DNA of 64,000 nt. It comes from a virus (taxonomy: Duplodnaviria > Caudoviricetes). Below the pieces are notes generated by a model. The model did no database searches, was not told where the DNA came from, and was given only the letters and a program-made list of their open reading frames with translations. Location of the stretch: IMG/VR virus record IMGVR_UViG_3300012158_000002, positions 2,073-66,072 of that record, one strand, 5' to 3'. Of this stretch, positions 1-8,668 are shown piece after piece. The position numbers were made by a program, and so were the translations under genes. The number at the start of each line of letters is the position of its first letter. Within the stretch, counting starts at the first letter, position 1.

Positions 1-2
1 TA

Positions 3-176
3 AATGCTGAAGAACATGTAAGAGCCTTAGACAGGGCGTTTGAACGTTTTGACACGTCAATACAGTTTGACGATGATGGATACCGCAATAGATTATTTAC
101 GACTTTTCGATCTCATTATCAGGCGCTTTGTGAGATTTATCCTGATCAATATAAGATAGAAGATTATCCATTGTAA
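3..176 (+). CDS. 3' end of a hypothetical protein, truncated by the window edge
   Basis: Open frame NAEEHVRALDRAF...KIEDYPL ending in TAA at 174-176. Confidence 0.6.
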   Translation, partial: NAEEHVRALDRAFERFDTSIQFDDDGYRNRLFTTFRSHYQALCEIYPDQYKIEDYPL

Positions 177-182
177 TATCAA

Positions 183-254
183 TCTCATCTGATGATGGCT
201 GTCTGGGCGGCAGCCGAAACCTCTCCGGACAACCGGGGCGGTCATGGGAACCCA
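183..254 (+). ncRNA. Type I hammerhead ribozyme
   Basis: Stem I TCTCAT/ATGGGA, core CTGATGA(T), stem II GGCTGTC/GGCAGCC, GAAA, 10-bp stem III with one mismatch, GTC cleavage triplet (241-243). Loop II TGGG is complementary to CCCA at 251-254 (pseudoknot). Confidence 0.85.
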
Positions 255-336
255 TCGCCACAGCGGATATTATGGCGCCGCTTTTATATAGATTGTACTT
301 TGAAAATTTAAAAATAAAAGGAAAGATAAATAATCA

Positions 337-366
337 TTGACACGCCCATAATGGACGTGCTATAAT
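337..366 (+). promoter_or_regulatory. SigA-type promoter with an operator-like palindrome in the spacer
   Basis: TTGACA-18-TATAAT with extended -10 TG; imperfect inverted repeat CACGCCCAT-A-ATGGACGTG at 341-359. Confidence 0.75.
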
Positions 367-418
367 TAATTATAAATTACAAACCTATATTATTAAAATA
401 CAAATTGGAGGAATAAAA

Positions 419-1555
419 ATGGCATGGTATTATGGGACATATAAATGTGGACATGAAGGAAGAACAAATATCGTAGGACCTACAAAAAATAGAGATTGGA
501 TAAGCGAAAAAAGATTTTCCGGATTGTGTCCGGAATGCTATGAAAAAGAAAGACTTGAAAAAATCGAAAAAGAAAACGCTCAGGCTACTGAAAAAGCGTC
601 TTCTTATGAATTGCCCGAATTGATCGGAACCGAAAAACAAGTTGTCTGGGCTAATACTCTAAGAGTAAAAATGATTGATAAACTTACTGATATGATTGAA
701 CATTCAAAAAATGTTGAAAATATGAAAGATTCACAATTAATTGAGGATGTTCAAACATATTTGATTAGCGAGAAATTGAACGCTTCTTGGTATATTGATG
801 TAAGATATTGTTCAGATAATAAAATAATCTCAGATTTATTATCTGAATATAAGAATTCTAAAAAGAAAGATGATGCTGATTTAGGGACCAAAGATATTAA
901 GGTTGAATCAACCATATCACCTGTTGAAATTAAACATACTGGAATTGTGGAAATTACAGGGCATGATAATAACATAAATGTGAAATATGAAAAAAACGAG
1001 GATTTCCGTCAAATTGTCAAATCTTTAGGTTTTACATGGAATGGAACATGGAGCAGAAGATTAAGTGAAACTACTGGAAGTTTTACAGATAGAGCAGCAG
1101 AACTAGGAAATAAACTTCTGCAAGAAGGATTTAGAATTTGTATCTATGATGAAAATATTCAACAAAAGGCAATAAATGCAGATTTTGAGCCAGAATGTAA
1201 ACGATGGATATATCGTCGTAGAGATACAGATAAATTAGCCTTAAATTGGTCGAGAGAAGAACCTAACAGCGATACTATTTATGAAAATTCAAGAAAAATT
1301 CTTACTTCCAAGTGGGATAGTCCTTCAGTGGTAGTTGACATCTCGCATTATGAAGAAGTCCAAGATTTTGCGGAAATGTATAATTTCAAATTTACAAAAT
1401 CAGCAATGGAACTTATTAAAGACTATGAAAACAAGCTTGCAAGCATTAATGAGGTTGTGCCGGCAGAACCAGTCAAAATAGAGGAAGAAGATAAACTTGA
1501 AAAAATTTTAAATTCTTCCAGAGAAGTTTTAGGAGATTTAATAGATGAGGATTAA
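419..1555 (+). CDS. Hypothetical protein with N-terminal Cys/His motif; first gene of the helicase/modification operon
   Basis: 378-aa ORF with GGAGG RBS; CGH...CPEC and LPELIGTEKQVVWA motifs; overlaps the SNF2 gene. Confidence 0.7.
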   Translation: MAWYYGTYKCGHEGRTNIVGPTKNRDWISEKRFSGLCPECYEKERLEKIEKENAQATEKASSYELPELIGTEKQVVWANTLRVKMIDKLTDMIEHSKNVENMKDSQLIEDVQTYLISEKLNASWYIDVRYCSDNKIISDLLSEYKNSKKKDDADLGTKDIKVESTISPVEIKHTGIVEITGHDNNINVKYEKNEDFRQIVKSLGFTWNGTWSRRLSETTGSFTDRAAELGNKLLQEGFRICIYDENIQQKAINADFEPECKRWIYRRRDTDKLALNWSREEPNSDTIYENSRKILTSKWDSPSVVVDISHYEEVQDFAEMYNFKFTKSAMELIKDYENKLASINEVVPAEPVKIEEEDKLEKILNSSREVLGDLIDED

Positions 1556-2894
1556 GACAAGACTTAAATCTTACCAGGTAGACGCTTTCAATAAATTAAA
1601 AGGCATAAAAGCAAATGCTTTATATATGGAAATGGGGACCGGGAAAACAAGAGTTACCCTAGAGCTGATAAAATATAAACTCGAACGCAATAAAATAACT
1701 CAGGTCCTATGGATGTGTCCATGCTCTATTAAAATGGATTTAAGAGCCAATATATTAAAACATATAGATAATGATAGCATAATACGAATCGAGGGCATAG
1801 AGAGCCTGTCACAATCGGATAGGCTATATCTTGAACTACTTAATTATGTAACATCTGCGAAAACATATTTAATTGTAGATGAAAGCAATCTTGTGAAAAA
1901 TCATTATGCTAAACGCACCCAAAGAATGAGCGCATTGGCAAAGCATTGTGAATATCGTTCTATCCTAAACGGGACACCGATCAGCAAAAATGAAGCGGAT
2001 CTGTATTCACAATGGTATATACTTGACCCACGTATTTTTGGATATCGAAGTTTCTGGAGCTTCGCAGCGAATCACTTGGAATATGATGATTATGGAAATA
2101 TAAAAAGAATCTTAAATATAGATTATTTAACTGAAAAAATGGCACCATATGCCTATATGATAGAAAAAGAAGAGGCTTTAGAACTCCCTCCAAAGAAATA
2201 TTATACAGAATATTTTGATTTGACAAAGAGACAAGAAAGTGAATATTTTTGGATAAAAGACAAACTATTAGATGGTGTGGATAATTTTACTAATTCTTCT
2301 ATATACAAGCTATTTACAGCATTGCAGAGAGTAACGAGCGGGGAGGAAATTGTAAAAACAGATCCATTGGCTTCAAGGCCATTGTTTAAAAATCCTTATG
2401 ATAATCCAAGAATACAAATTCTTCTTGATAATATTATTCCAGATGAAAAAAATATCATATGGTGCAAATTTGAAAATGAAATACATGATATTCACAATGT
2501 ATTGGAGAAGGAATATGGTAATGATTCCATCGCATTATATTATGGGAAATTGAGTCAGCGAAATAGGCAAAGAGAACTTGACCGTTTCAAAAATGATGCA
2601 ATGTTTTTAATTGCCAATAAATCATGTGGTAGTTACGGCTTAAATTTGCAATATTGCCACAACATGATATATTATAATAATGATTTTAATTGGGCTACAC
2701 GAGCGCAATCTGAGGATAGAATACATAGAATCGGACAAGAACATACTGTATATATAACTGATATTTGCGCCGATTGTAAAATTGATGAACGGATACTTGA
2801 TAATCTAATGAATAAGGAAAATCTTGCTGATTCTTTCAAGGCAGAACTTAAAAATAAGCGAGATGTTTCAGCGTGGATTGATGGGAGGAGCTAA
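1545..2894 (+). CDS. SNF2-family (SF2) helicase/translocase
   Basis: Walker A MEMGTGKT, IVDES, LNGTP, GLNLQ, and QSEDRIHRIGQ motif VI. Confidence 0.92.
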   Translation: MRIKTRLKSYQVDAFNKLKGIKANALYMEMGTGKTRVTLELIKYKLERNKITQVLWMCPCSIKMDLRANILKHIDNDSIIRIEGIESLSQSDRLYLELLNYVTSAKTYLIVDESNLVKNHYAKRTQRMSALAKHCEYRSILNGTPISKNEADLYSQWYILDPRIFGYRSFWSFAANHLEYDDYGNIKRILNIDYLTEKMAPYAYMIEKEEALELPPKKYYTEYFDLTKRQESEYFWIKDKLLDGVDNFTNSSIYKLFTALQRVTSGEEIVKTDPLASRPLFKNPYDNPRIQILLDNIIPDEKNIIWCKFENEIHDIHNVLEKEYGNDSIALYYGKLSQRNRQRELDRFKNDAMFLIANKSCGSYGLNLQYCHNMIYYNNDFNWATRAQSEDRIHRIGQEHTVYITDICADCKIDERILDNLMNKENLADSFKAELKNKRDVSAWIDGRS

Positions 2895-2897
2895 ATC

Positions 2898-3773
2898 ATG
2901 ATAAGAATAGGACAAACGGACATAGGGAAAAAGAAAATAGTCAATGAATTTATAAAAAGTAATGAGCAAATAAATAAAATTTATTGTTTCTATTTTAAAA
3001 AATTTCCTATTAAATTCAATACAAAAATCGATATAGAATATATTGAATATTCGGAAACGGAGATGTACCGCACTTTTTATCCCTTATTGGAGAGAATAGA
3101 TCAGAATACTTTGCTGATATTTAATGAATGTATGAGAACGCAGAATAGATCAGAATTAAAATATAACTGTATGCATCATTATGTAAATCAATGCGGTTAT
3201 AAGATCGTGTTTGAATACTTTCCAATTATTGACAATAAAGAAGATTTTATGATTTTATTAGATCTCATAGATAAGCAAAAATATAAAGGTAAATCCTTTC
3301 AATATTCATTTTTAAAAGACGAAGACATTATTATGAAACCAAGAAAATTAAAGTTAATTACTGACATATTTCATACTTCCTATGGGCAAAAAGAAAAATA
3401 TGAAAGCGAAAAAGAAAAATTGTTTAAAAATCTAGGAATGAAGAATCCTGATACTGTGCCGCGAAATTTACAGATTTTAGCTGGTAATTTCAAATTAGCA
3501 AAAATCGACAATGAGCACATGTATATCGCACGGAATAAGCGTTTTAATAAAGAGAACGTAACTACTTATGATAATATAGAAAATCGCAAAGACTATATTA
3601 TTATAGATTTTCATTATAGGCGGATAGATTTTAATGATTTTGTTAGACGGACAGGAATTGAAAAAGTGAATTATATTTCTACAGACTTATCTATTGATGA
3701 AGTTTTGATCAAGGAATTTATACAATGGAATGCAAGATTGGAGGCTATCTATGGTCAGGCAAATTTATGTTAA
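2898..3773 (+). CDS. Hypothetical protein, possibly a degenerate SF2 helicase-like domain
   Basis: LLIFNEC at a Walker-B-like position and a PII..D segment; no Walker A. Confidence 0.45.
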   Translation: MIRIGQTDIGKKKIVNEFIKSNEQINKIYCFYFKKFPIKFNTKIDIEYIEYSETEMYRTFYPLLERIDQNTLLIFNECMRTQNRSELKYNCMHHYVNQCGYKIVFEYFPIIDNKEDFMILLDLIDKQKYKGKSFQYSFLKDEDIIMKPRKLKLITDIFHTSYGQKEKYESEKEKLFKNLGMKNPDTVPRNLQILAGNFKLAKIDNEHMYIARNKRFNKENVTTYDNIENRKDYIIIDFHYRRIDFNDFVRRTGIEKVNYISTDLSIDEVLIKEFIQWNARLEAIYGQANLC

Positions 3774-4872
3774 TGAGAATGTTCTAAGTGCTGCCAAGAA
3801 GCGAATATCATACATATTCGATGAATTTCAAAATGTATGCATATCAATCAGTGGCGGTAAAGATAGCACTGTGTTGGCTTATTTGGCCTTAACAGAAGCA
3901 CATAGGCGAAACAGGAAAGCATCTTTGTTTTTTCTTGATGAAGAAGTCGTATATGATAGCACGGTCAAGCAAATTAAATATTTGATGAATTTATATCCAG
4001 AAAATACAATCAAATTATGGTTTCAAATATCTTTTAATCTGACCAATGCTACATCATTTAAAGAAGGACAATTAATTTCCTGGGAGCAGGGCAAGCATAA
4101 GATATGGATGAGACATAAAGAATTAGATTCAATACAATACAAACCTTGGGATAAGGATCATGAGTCAATAAGAGACAAAAATAAGGGCTTTGGGTTTTAT
4201 GATGCGCTTGATAATTTTCAAAAATCAAGGAAAGACACTGCTTTTTTAATCGGATTGAGAGCAACGGAAAGCCCCCACAGGTGGCAATCTGTAGCAAAAA
4301 ATCCTGGATATAAAAATGTCTATTGGTGTACAAAACATAAGAAAAATAATAATTATAGCTTCTATCCACTTTATGATTGGAATTTTCATGATATATGGAA
4401 ATATATCTATGATGAGAAGCTTGAGTATAGTAAGATCTATGATTATCAGTGGAAAAAGGGAACTGGAATACAGGAAATAAGGGTATCTAGTTTAATACAT
4501 GAAAAATCATTTAAAGCCTTAGTTGATTTGCCAGAATTTGAGCCAAAAACATATGACCGTTTACTTAAGCGGATTAATGGAATAGAAGTAGGACATTTGT
4601 ACGGAAAAGATAGTAAAATGCTTAAAGTCAGGAAGCTTCCGAAAAATTATAAAAGTTGGATTGAATATCGTGATTTTCTTCTGAAAACATATCCTGATGA
4701 ATCTAAAAGATGGATATTTGAGAAACGATTCAGCAATCACTTAAACAATAATTATGTAGCGAGACAACAATGTAGGCAGCTTGTCTTGAATGATTATGAA
4801 AATAATCTTCCTGTGGATAATAAGCCTGATCCAAGAGAAAAAACGATTGAAAAATGGAGGAATTTATTGTGA
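3751..4872 (+). CDS. PP-loop PAPS-reductase-family protein (IbrA/DUF3440-like)
   Basis: ISISGGKDS PP-loop, FLDEE, IGLRATES..R and YPLYDWNFHDIWKYI motifs; GGAGG RBS before ATG 3751. Confidence 0.85.
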   Translation: MVRQIYVNENVLSAAKKRISYIFDEFQNVCISISGGKDSTVLAYLALTEAHRRNRKASLFFLDEEVVYDSTVKQIKYLMNLYPENTIKLWFQISFNLTNATSFKEGQLISWEQGKHKIWMRHKELDSIQYKPWDKDHESIRDKNKGFGFYDALDNFQKSRKDTAFLIGLRATESPHRWQSVAKNPGYKNVYWCTKHKKNNNYSFYPLYDWNFHDIWKYIYDEKLEYSKIYDYQWKKGTGIQEIRVSSLIHEKSFKALVDLPEFEPKTYDRLLKRINGIEVGHLYGKDSKMLKVRKLPKNYKSWIEYRDFLLKTYPDESKRWIFEKRFSNHLNNNYVARQQCRQLVLNDYENNLPVDNKPDPREKTIEKWRNLL

Positions 4873-5453
4873 GAAAATTTGAAACAGAATATGGAACATT
4901 TCAAGTACCAGATTTTCCGAAAATAAAAACAAAAAAGGGTGAATTATTATTACCTGTTATGTGTCCTATTTTAGTTCCTCGTGAATTAATCCAGGCGAAT
5001 AATTATAACCCGAATAATGTTGCAAAAAATAATATGGAATTATTGCAAACTTCTATTATGGATAATGGCTTTTGTTTTGCTATCATTACTGTTTGGGATA
5101 AAGACATCAGGAAATTCGTGATAGTTGATGGATTTCACCGAGATACTATACTTGATATTTGGCTGGAAGCAGAGGAAATACCCATAATCGTATTAGAACA
5201 AAGCACGTCTCAAAGAATGGCTGCTACTGTACAATTCAATAGAGCAAGAGGTGTTCATCAAGTGGAATTGATGGGTGATCTTGTACAGGCACTTATCAAT
5301 CAGGGCGCATCTGATGATGAAATAGCAAAACATTTAGGAATGGATTTAGAAGAAATATTCCGGTTAAAACAAATAACTGGCATAGCTGAAATATTTAAGA
5401 ATCAGACTTATTCTAAGGCTTGGGAAATGCAGGAGGTTGATGAAGTTGTCTAA
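4854..5453 (+). CDS. ParB/Srx-domain protein (IbrB-like) with C-terminal HTH
   Basis: ANNYNPN..., IVDGFHR, ATVQFNRARGVH and EIAKHLGMD motifs. Confidence 0.85.
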   Translation: MEEFIVRKFETEYGTFQVPDFPKIKTKKGELLLPVMCPILVPRELIQANNYNPNNVAKNNMELLQTSIMDNGFCFAIITVWDKDIRKFVIVDGFHRDTILDIWLEAEEIPIIVLEQSTSQRMAATVQFNRARGVHQVELMGDLVQALINQGASDDEIAKHLGMDLEEIFRLKQITGIAEIFKNQTYSKAWEMQEVDEVV

Positions 5454-6093
5454 TTGGGAATATGGAGGTATATATAAAAATTATGATATGATCGGCGAAA
5501 TATATATAGGTACCGGCATTGTGAAGGTTCATGATATTTTTGATCCGCTTCCAGATTTTATGTTACAAGCGGATTGCTTGTTTATTGACCCACCATGGAA
5601 TCTTGGTAATCTTAATAGCTTTTATACTAAAGCTGACCGTATAGATTATCAAAAAAGTTTTGAGGCATTTTATATCCGATTGTTTCAATGCATAGGTGAA
5701 ATAAGACCTCGAAATTTATATGTTGAAATTGGCAAACAATATTTAGCTGATTTTATTATTGAGACACGTAAAATATTTAAAAATGTGACTTTTTATAATA
5801 GCAATTATTATCACAAAAAAGATAACAAGTGCTATATTGTTTATGGGACTAATAAGCGAATCCAAAAATCTAATCTGGATTATATGGATGAAGAGGATAT
5901 AATTAAATGGATTTGCATAAATGAGGACTATGAATGCATTGGAGATTTATGTATGGGTAGAGGACTTGTGGGAATCCATGCATATAAAGTCGGAAAGCCA
6001 TTTGTCGGAACAGAATTAAATCCCAAGAGATTGGCTGTTCTTATAGAGAGAATATCAGAATTAGGAGGAAACTATGAAAATAGCAGAATATAG
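5437..6093 (+). CDS. Amino-type (N6A/N4C) methyltransferase-like protein, beta-type motif order
   Basis: FIDPPW catalytic motif precedes the SAM-binding motif GDLCMGRG...GTELN. Confidence 0.7.
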   Translation: MMKLSNWEYGGIYKNYDMIGEIYIGTGIVKVHDIFDPLPDFMLQADCLFIDPPWNLGNLNSFYTKADRIDYQKSFEAFYIRLFQCIGEIRPRNLYVEIGKQYLADFIIETRKIFKNVTFYNSNYYHKKDNKCYIVYGTNKRIQKSNLDYMDEEDIIKWICINEDYECIGDLCMGRGLVGIHAYKVGKPFVGTELNPKRLAVLIERISELGGNYENSRI

Positions 6094-6253
6094 GAAAAAA
6101 AAAGGATTAACTCAAAAGGAATTAGCAGCAATTATGAAAGTTACTGAACGAAGTGAACAACGGTGGGAATCTGGCGAAAGAACACCGGATATTCATACAT
6201 TAAAAAAGCTTTCTGAAATATTTGGATGCAGAGTCGATGATTTGTTAGAATAA
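6074..6253 (+). CDS. Xre/Cro-family HTH regulator (59 aa, not in ORF track)
   Basis: MKIAEYRKKKGLTQKELAAIMKVTERSEQRWESGERTPDIHTLKKLSEIFGCRVDDLLE; AGGAGG RBS. Confidence 0.9.
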   Translation: MKIAEYRKKKGLTQKELAAIMKVTERSEQRWESGERTPDIHTLKKLSEIFGCRVDDLLE

Positions 6254-6290
6254 ATACTTTTAATGCTAAAAGGAGAGATACTATGATTAT

Positions 6291-6323
6291 AAAAAAGATC
6301 AGCATTGATTCGCTGATCTTTTT
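6291..6323. terminator. Bidirectional intrinsic terminator
   Basis: AAAAGATCAGC-loop-GCTGATCTTTTT between convergent genes. Confidence 0.8.
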
Positions 6324-6327
6324 GGTT

Positions 6328-6684
6328 TTATTCTTCTTTATTTTTTGAAAGTATAGTTCCTAATATGAACACAATTCCAAATATTCCCGATACCGCTGCC
6401 CATATACCCAGATCAGCATATGTACCAACATTTGCCATTGCTACTATCGCACCAATAACATAAAATCCTCCTGCCGTAAATGCGCCGCCTTTTCCTTTAT
6501 TTCTGGTCGCGATACCAACGATTCCTGCTATCAACATGCAAATAGCCAACATAAAGCCTGCAGACCCGCTTACTTCTCCATTTTCCGATAATGCGTTTCC
6601 GATACCTGCTGCGCATGATTGGAATGTAATAATGGCGAATAAAACGATAGAAACTATACCTAATACTAATTTTGCTGTTTTCAT
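6328..6684 (-). CDS. Small four-TM membrane protein (moron)
   Basis: Four hydrophobic segments; start MKTAKLVLG with GGAGG RBS. Confidence 0.75.
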   Translation of the reverse strand: MKTAKLVLGIVSIVLFAIITFQSCAAGIGNALSENGEVSGSAGFMLAICMLIAGIVGIATRNKGKGGAFTAGGFYVIGAIVAMANVGTYADLGIWAAVSGIFGIVFILGTILSKNKEE

Positions 6685-6793
6685 TTTAACAACCCTTCCC
6701 TCCTGTGTATTTTTAGCATTGATGCTGTATAGATAAATAATACCATATTCTGACAATATTACAAGAAGAATTTATGATTTATCTTATGTTTGA

Positions 6794-6822
6794 TCGACAA
6801 ATCTAGCCAATTCTGGTATAAT
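6794..6822 (+). promoter_or_regulatory. SigA-type promoter of the Mrr-FtsK gene
   Basis: TCGACA-17-TATAAT. Confidence 0.6.
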
Positions 6823-6859
6823 GTGCCTATTAAAAAATAAATACAAAGGATAAAACAAT

Positions 6860-8296
6860 ATGGAAAATGCAATTAAATTTTATTTTGATGATTTAAGTGG
6901 AGAAGAATTTGAAAGTTATTTAAAAGCTTTATTTGAAAACTTAAAATATGAAGTTAAATTAACACCTAAATCTGGAGATTATGGCGCAGACTTGGTTATA
7001 ATTAAAGATAATATTAAAATTGTTGTGCAAGCAAAGCGCTATAGTGACTTAGTGGGTATTGCTGCCATACAAGAAGCAATAGGAGCAATATCTTATTATA
7101 ATGCGAATTCTGGGATGGTTATTACTAATAATTATTTTACTCCTAATGCAATAGAACTTGCAAAATCGGCAGATATAGAATTATGGGACAGAGATATTTT
7201 GATGAAAAATATAATTAATTCTATTGGAAATACTGACAATTTAAAAATAAATGATTTACCTCAAATAAAATTAGATAATGATATTATCAGATTCTTTAAC
7301 GATAAATTTAAAAACAGAGAATTATATTTGAATATTAATCATAAAAATCCACTATTATTAGGTTATAATTACGATTGTGAATTAATTATTGATGATATTA
7401 AAAATATTAATCATTTATTAGTTACGGGATCTATAAATTCAGGTAAATCAACATTCTTATATTGCATTATATTTAGCATAATGAACAATCCGAATAGTGA
7501 CATTAAGTTTTTATTAATAGATACAAAAGGATTAGATTTTAATGATTTTAGTGAAATAAAAAATTTAATAATTCCTGTAGTCGTGGAATATAAAAAATCT
7601 TTAGTAGCTTTTAATTGGCTATTATCTGAAATGATAAACAGATATAGAATACTTTCTGAATATCACATAAAAGATATTAATACATATAATGAATATGCCA
7701 TAATAAATAATTTGGAATTATTTGATAAAATTATATTTATAATTGATGAAATAAGTGAATTATATGAATTAAATAGGCAAGAACTATTGGAAAATATTTC
7801 AAAAATTACATTAAAAGGTGGTCAAGTAGGAATTTATTTAATTATTGCAACACGAGATTATGTTATATCAAAAACTTTAGAAAGATATTTTCCATCACAT
7901 GCGCAAATGAATAAAATTGAAAGCAAATATCATAGTACAATAAAAATTCCATATAAAGACGAATTAAATTTATATGTTCCTTATTTATCACAAAATGACA
8001 TTGAAAAAATTATATTTACGTTAAAAAAAAAATGGATCGCAGATTTTCAAATAAAACAATCAATTATTGATGAAAGATTAGATGAATATTTCGAAGAAGT
8101 TGGAATGTTTATTATTGAAAAAGATGAAGTATCTATTGGAATGTTGCAAAGAGCATTTAGAATTGGATTTAATAGAGCTGCAAATATTATGGATCAACTT
8201 GAAAATTATGGAATAGTTGAAAAAGGGACAAGTCCAAGAAAAATATTAATGTCTATAGATGAATTTGAAATATTATTAAATGAAATAAAATTCTAA
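6860..8296 (+). CDS. Mrr-like restriction endonuclease fused to an FtsK-type ATPase and FtsK gamma domain
   Basis: N-term EEFE...GDYGADL...VQAKRY...QE (Mrr_cat); HLLVTGSINSGKST Walker A; FIIDE Walker B; C-term SIGMLQRAFRIGFNRAANIMDQLE winged helix. Confidence 0.85.
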   Translation: MENAIKFYFDDLSGEEFESYLKALFENLKYEVKLTPKSGDYGADLVIIKDNIKIVVQAKRYSDLVGIAAIQEAIGAISYYNANSGMVITNNYFTPNAIELAKSADIELWDRDILMKNIINSIGNTDNLKINDLPQIKLDNDIIRFFNDKFKNRELYLNINHKNPLLLGYNYDCELIIDDIKNINHLLVTGSINSGKSTFLYCIIFSIMNNPNSDIKFLLIDTKGLDFNDFSEIKNLIIPVVVEYKKSLVAFNWLLSEMINRYRILSEYHIKDINTYNEYAIINNLELFDKIIFIIDEISELYELNRQELLENISKITLKGGQVGIYLIIATRDYVISKTLERYFPSHAQMNKIESKYHSTIKIPYKDELNLYVPYLSQNDIEKIIFTLKKKWIADFQIKQSIIDERLDEYFEEVGMFIIEKDEVSIGMLQRAFRIGFNRAANIMDQLENYGIVEKGTSPRKILMSIDEFEILLNEIKF

Positions 8297-8305
8297 AAAA
8301 TCTTC

Positions 8306-8334
8306 TTGACATTAAATGTGTTACCATTTATAAT
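8306..8334 (+). promoter_or_regulatory. Consensus SigA promoter
   Basis: TTGACA-17-TATAAT upstream of the RHH gene. Confidence 0.8.
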
Positions 8335-8368
8335 AAACGTGTATCCAATTATGAAAGGAGATTTTTAC

Positions 8369-8548
8369 TTGTCACCAGCACATGGCAGACCGCCATCTAA
8401 AGATCCTAAAATTCATAACACAAGAATCAGAATGTCAGATGAAGAACTTGATATGCTTGAATATTGTGTTAAACAAACAGGATTATCCAAAACCGATGTA
8501 ATAAGAAAAGGCATTAAAGAAATTTATGAGCAATTAAAAAAGAAATAG
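8369..8548 (+). CDS. CopG/RHH-family regulator
   Basis: GRPPSKDPK..RIRMSDEELDMLEYC..TGLSKTDVIRKGI; TTG start after AAGGAG. Confidence 0.75.
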   Translation: MSPAHGRPPSKDPKIHNTRIRMSDEELDMLEYCVKQTGLSKTDVIRKGIKEIYEQLKKK

Positions 8549-8668
8549 TCTGATACCCTCGAAAAGTAAGACAGACTATTTCATCTGATAAGGAATCCCT
8601 ATCTGCAAATATATTACCACGCAGATAGGCTTCTTGTCAAATGTCAAAATTTGAAAGGAGTTATTTTT

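Noticed and set aside
6283-6348. 21-aa hydrophobic ORF MIIKKISIDSLIFLVLFFFIF as a type I toxin
   Set aside because: It runs through the terminator, and its hydrophobicity comes from the T-tract and the opposite gene's stop region; more likely a gene remnant
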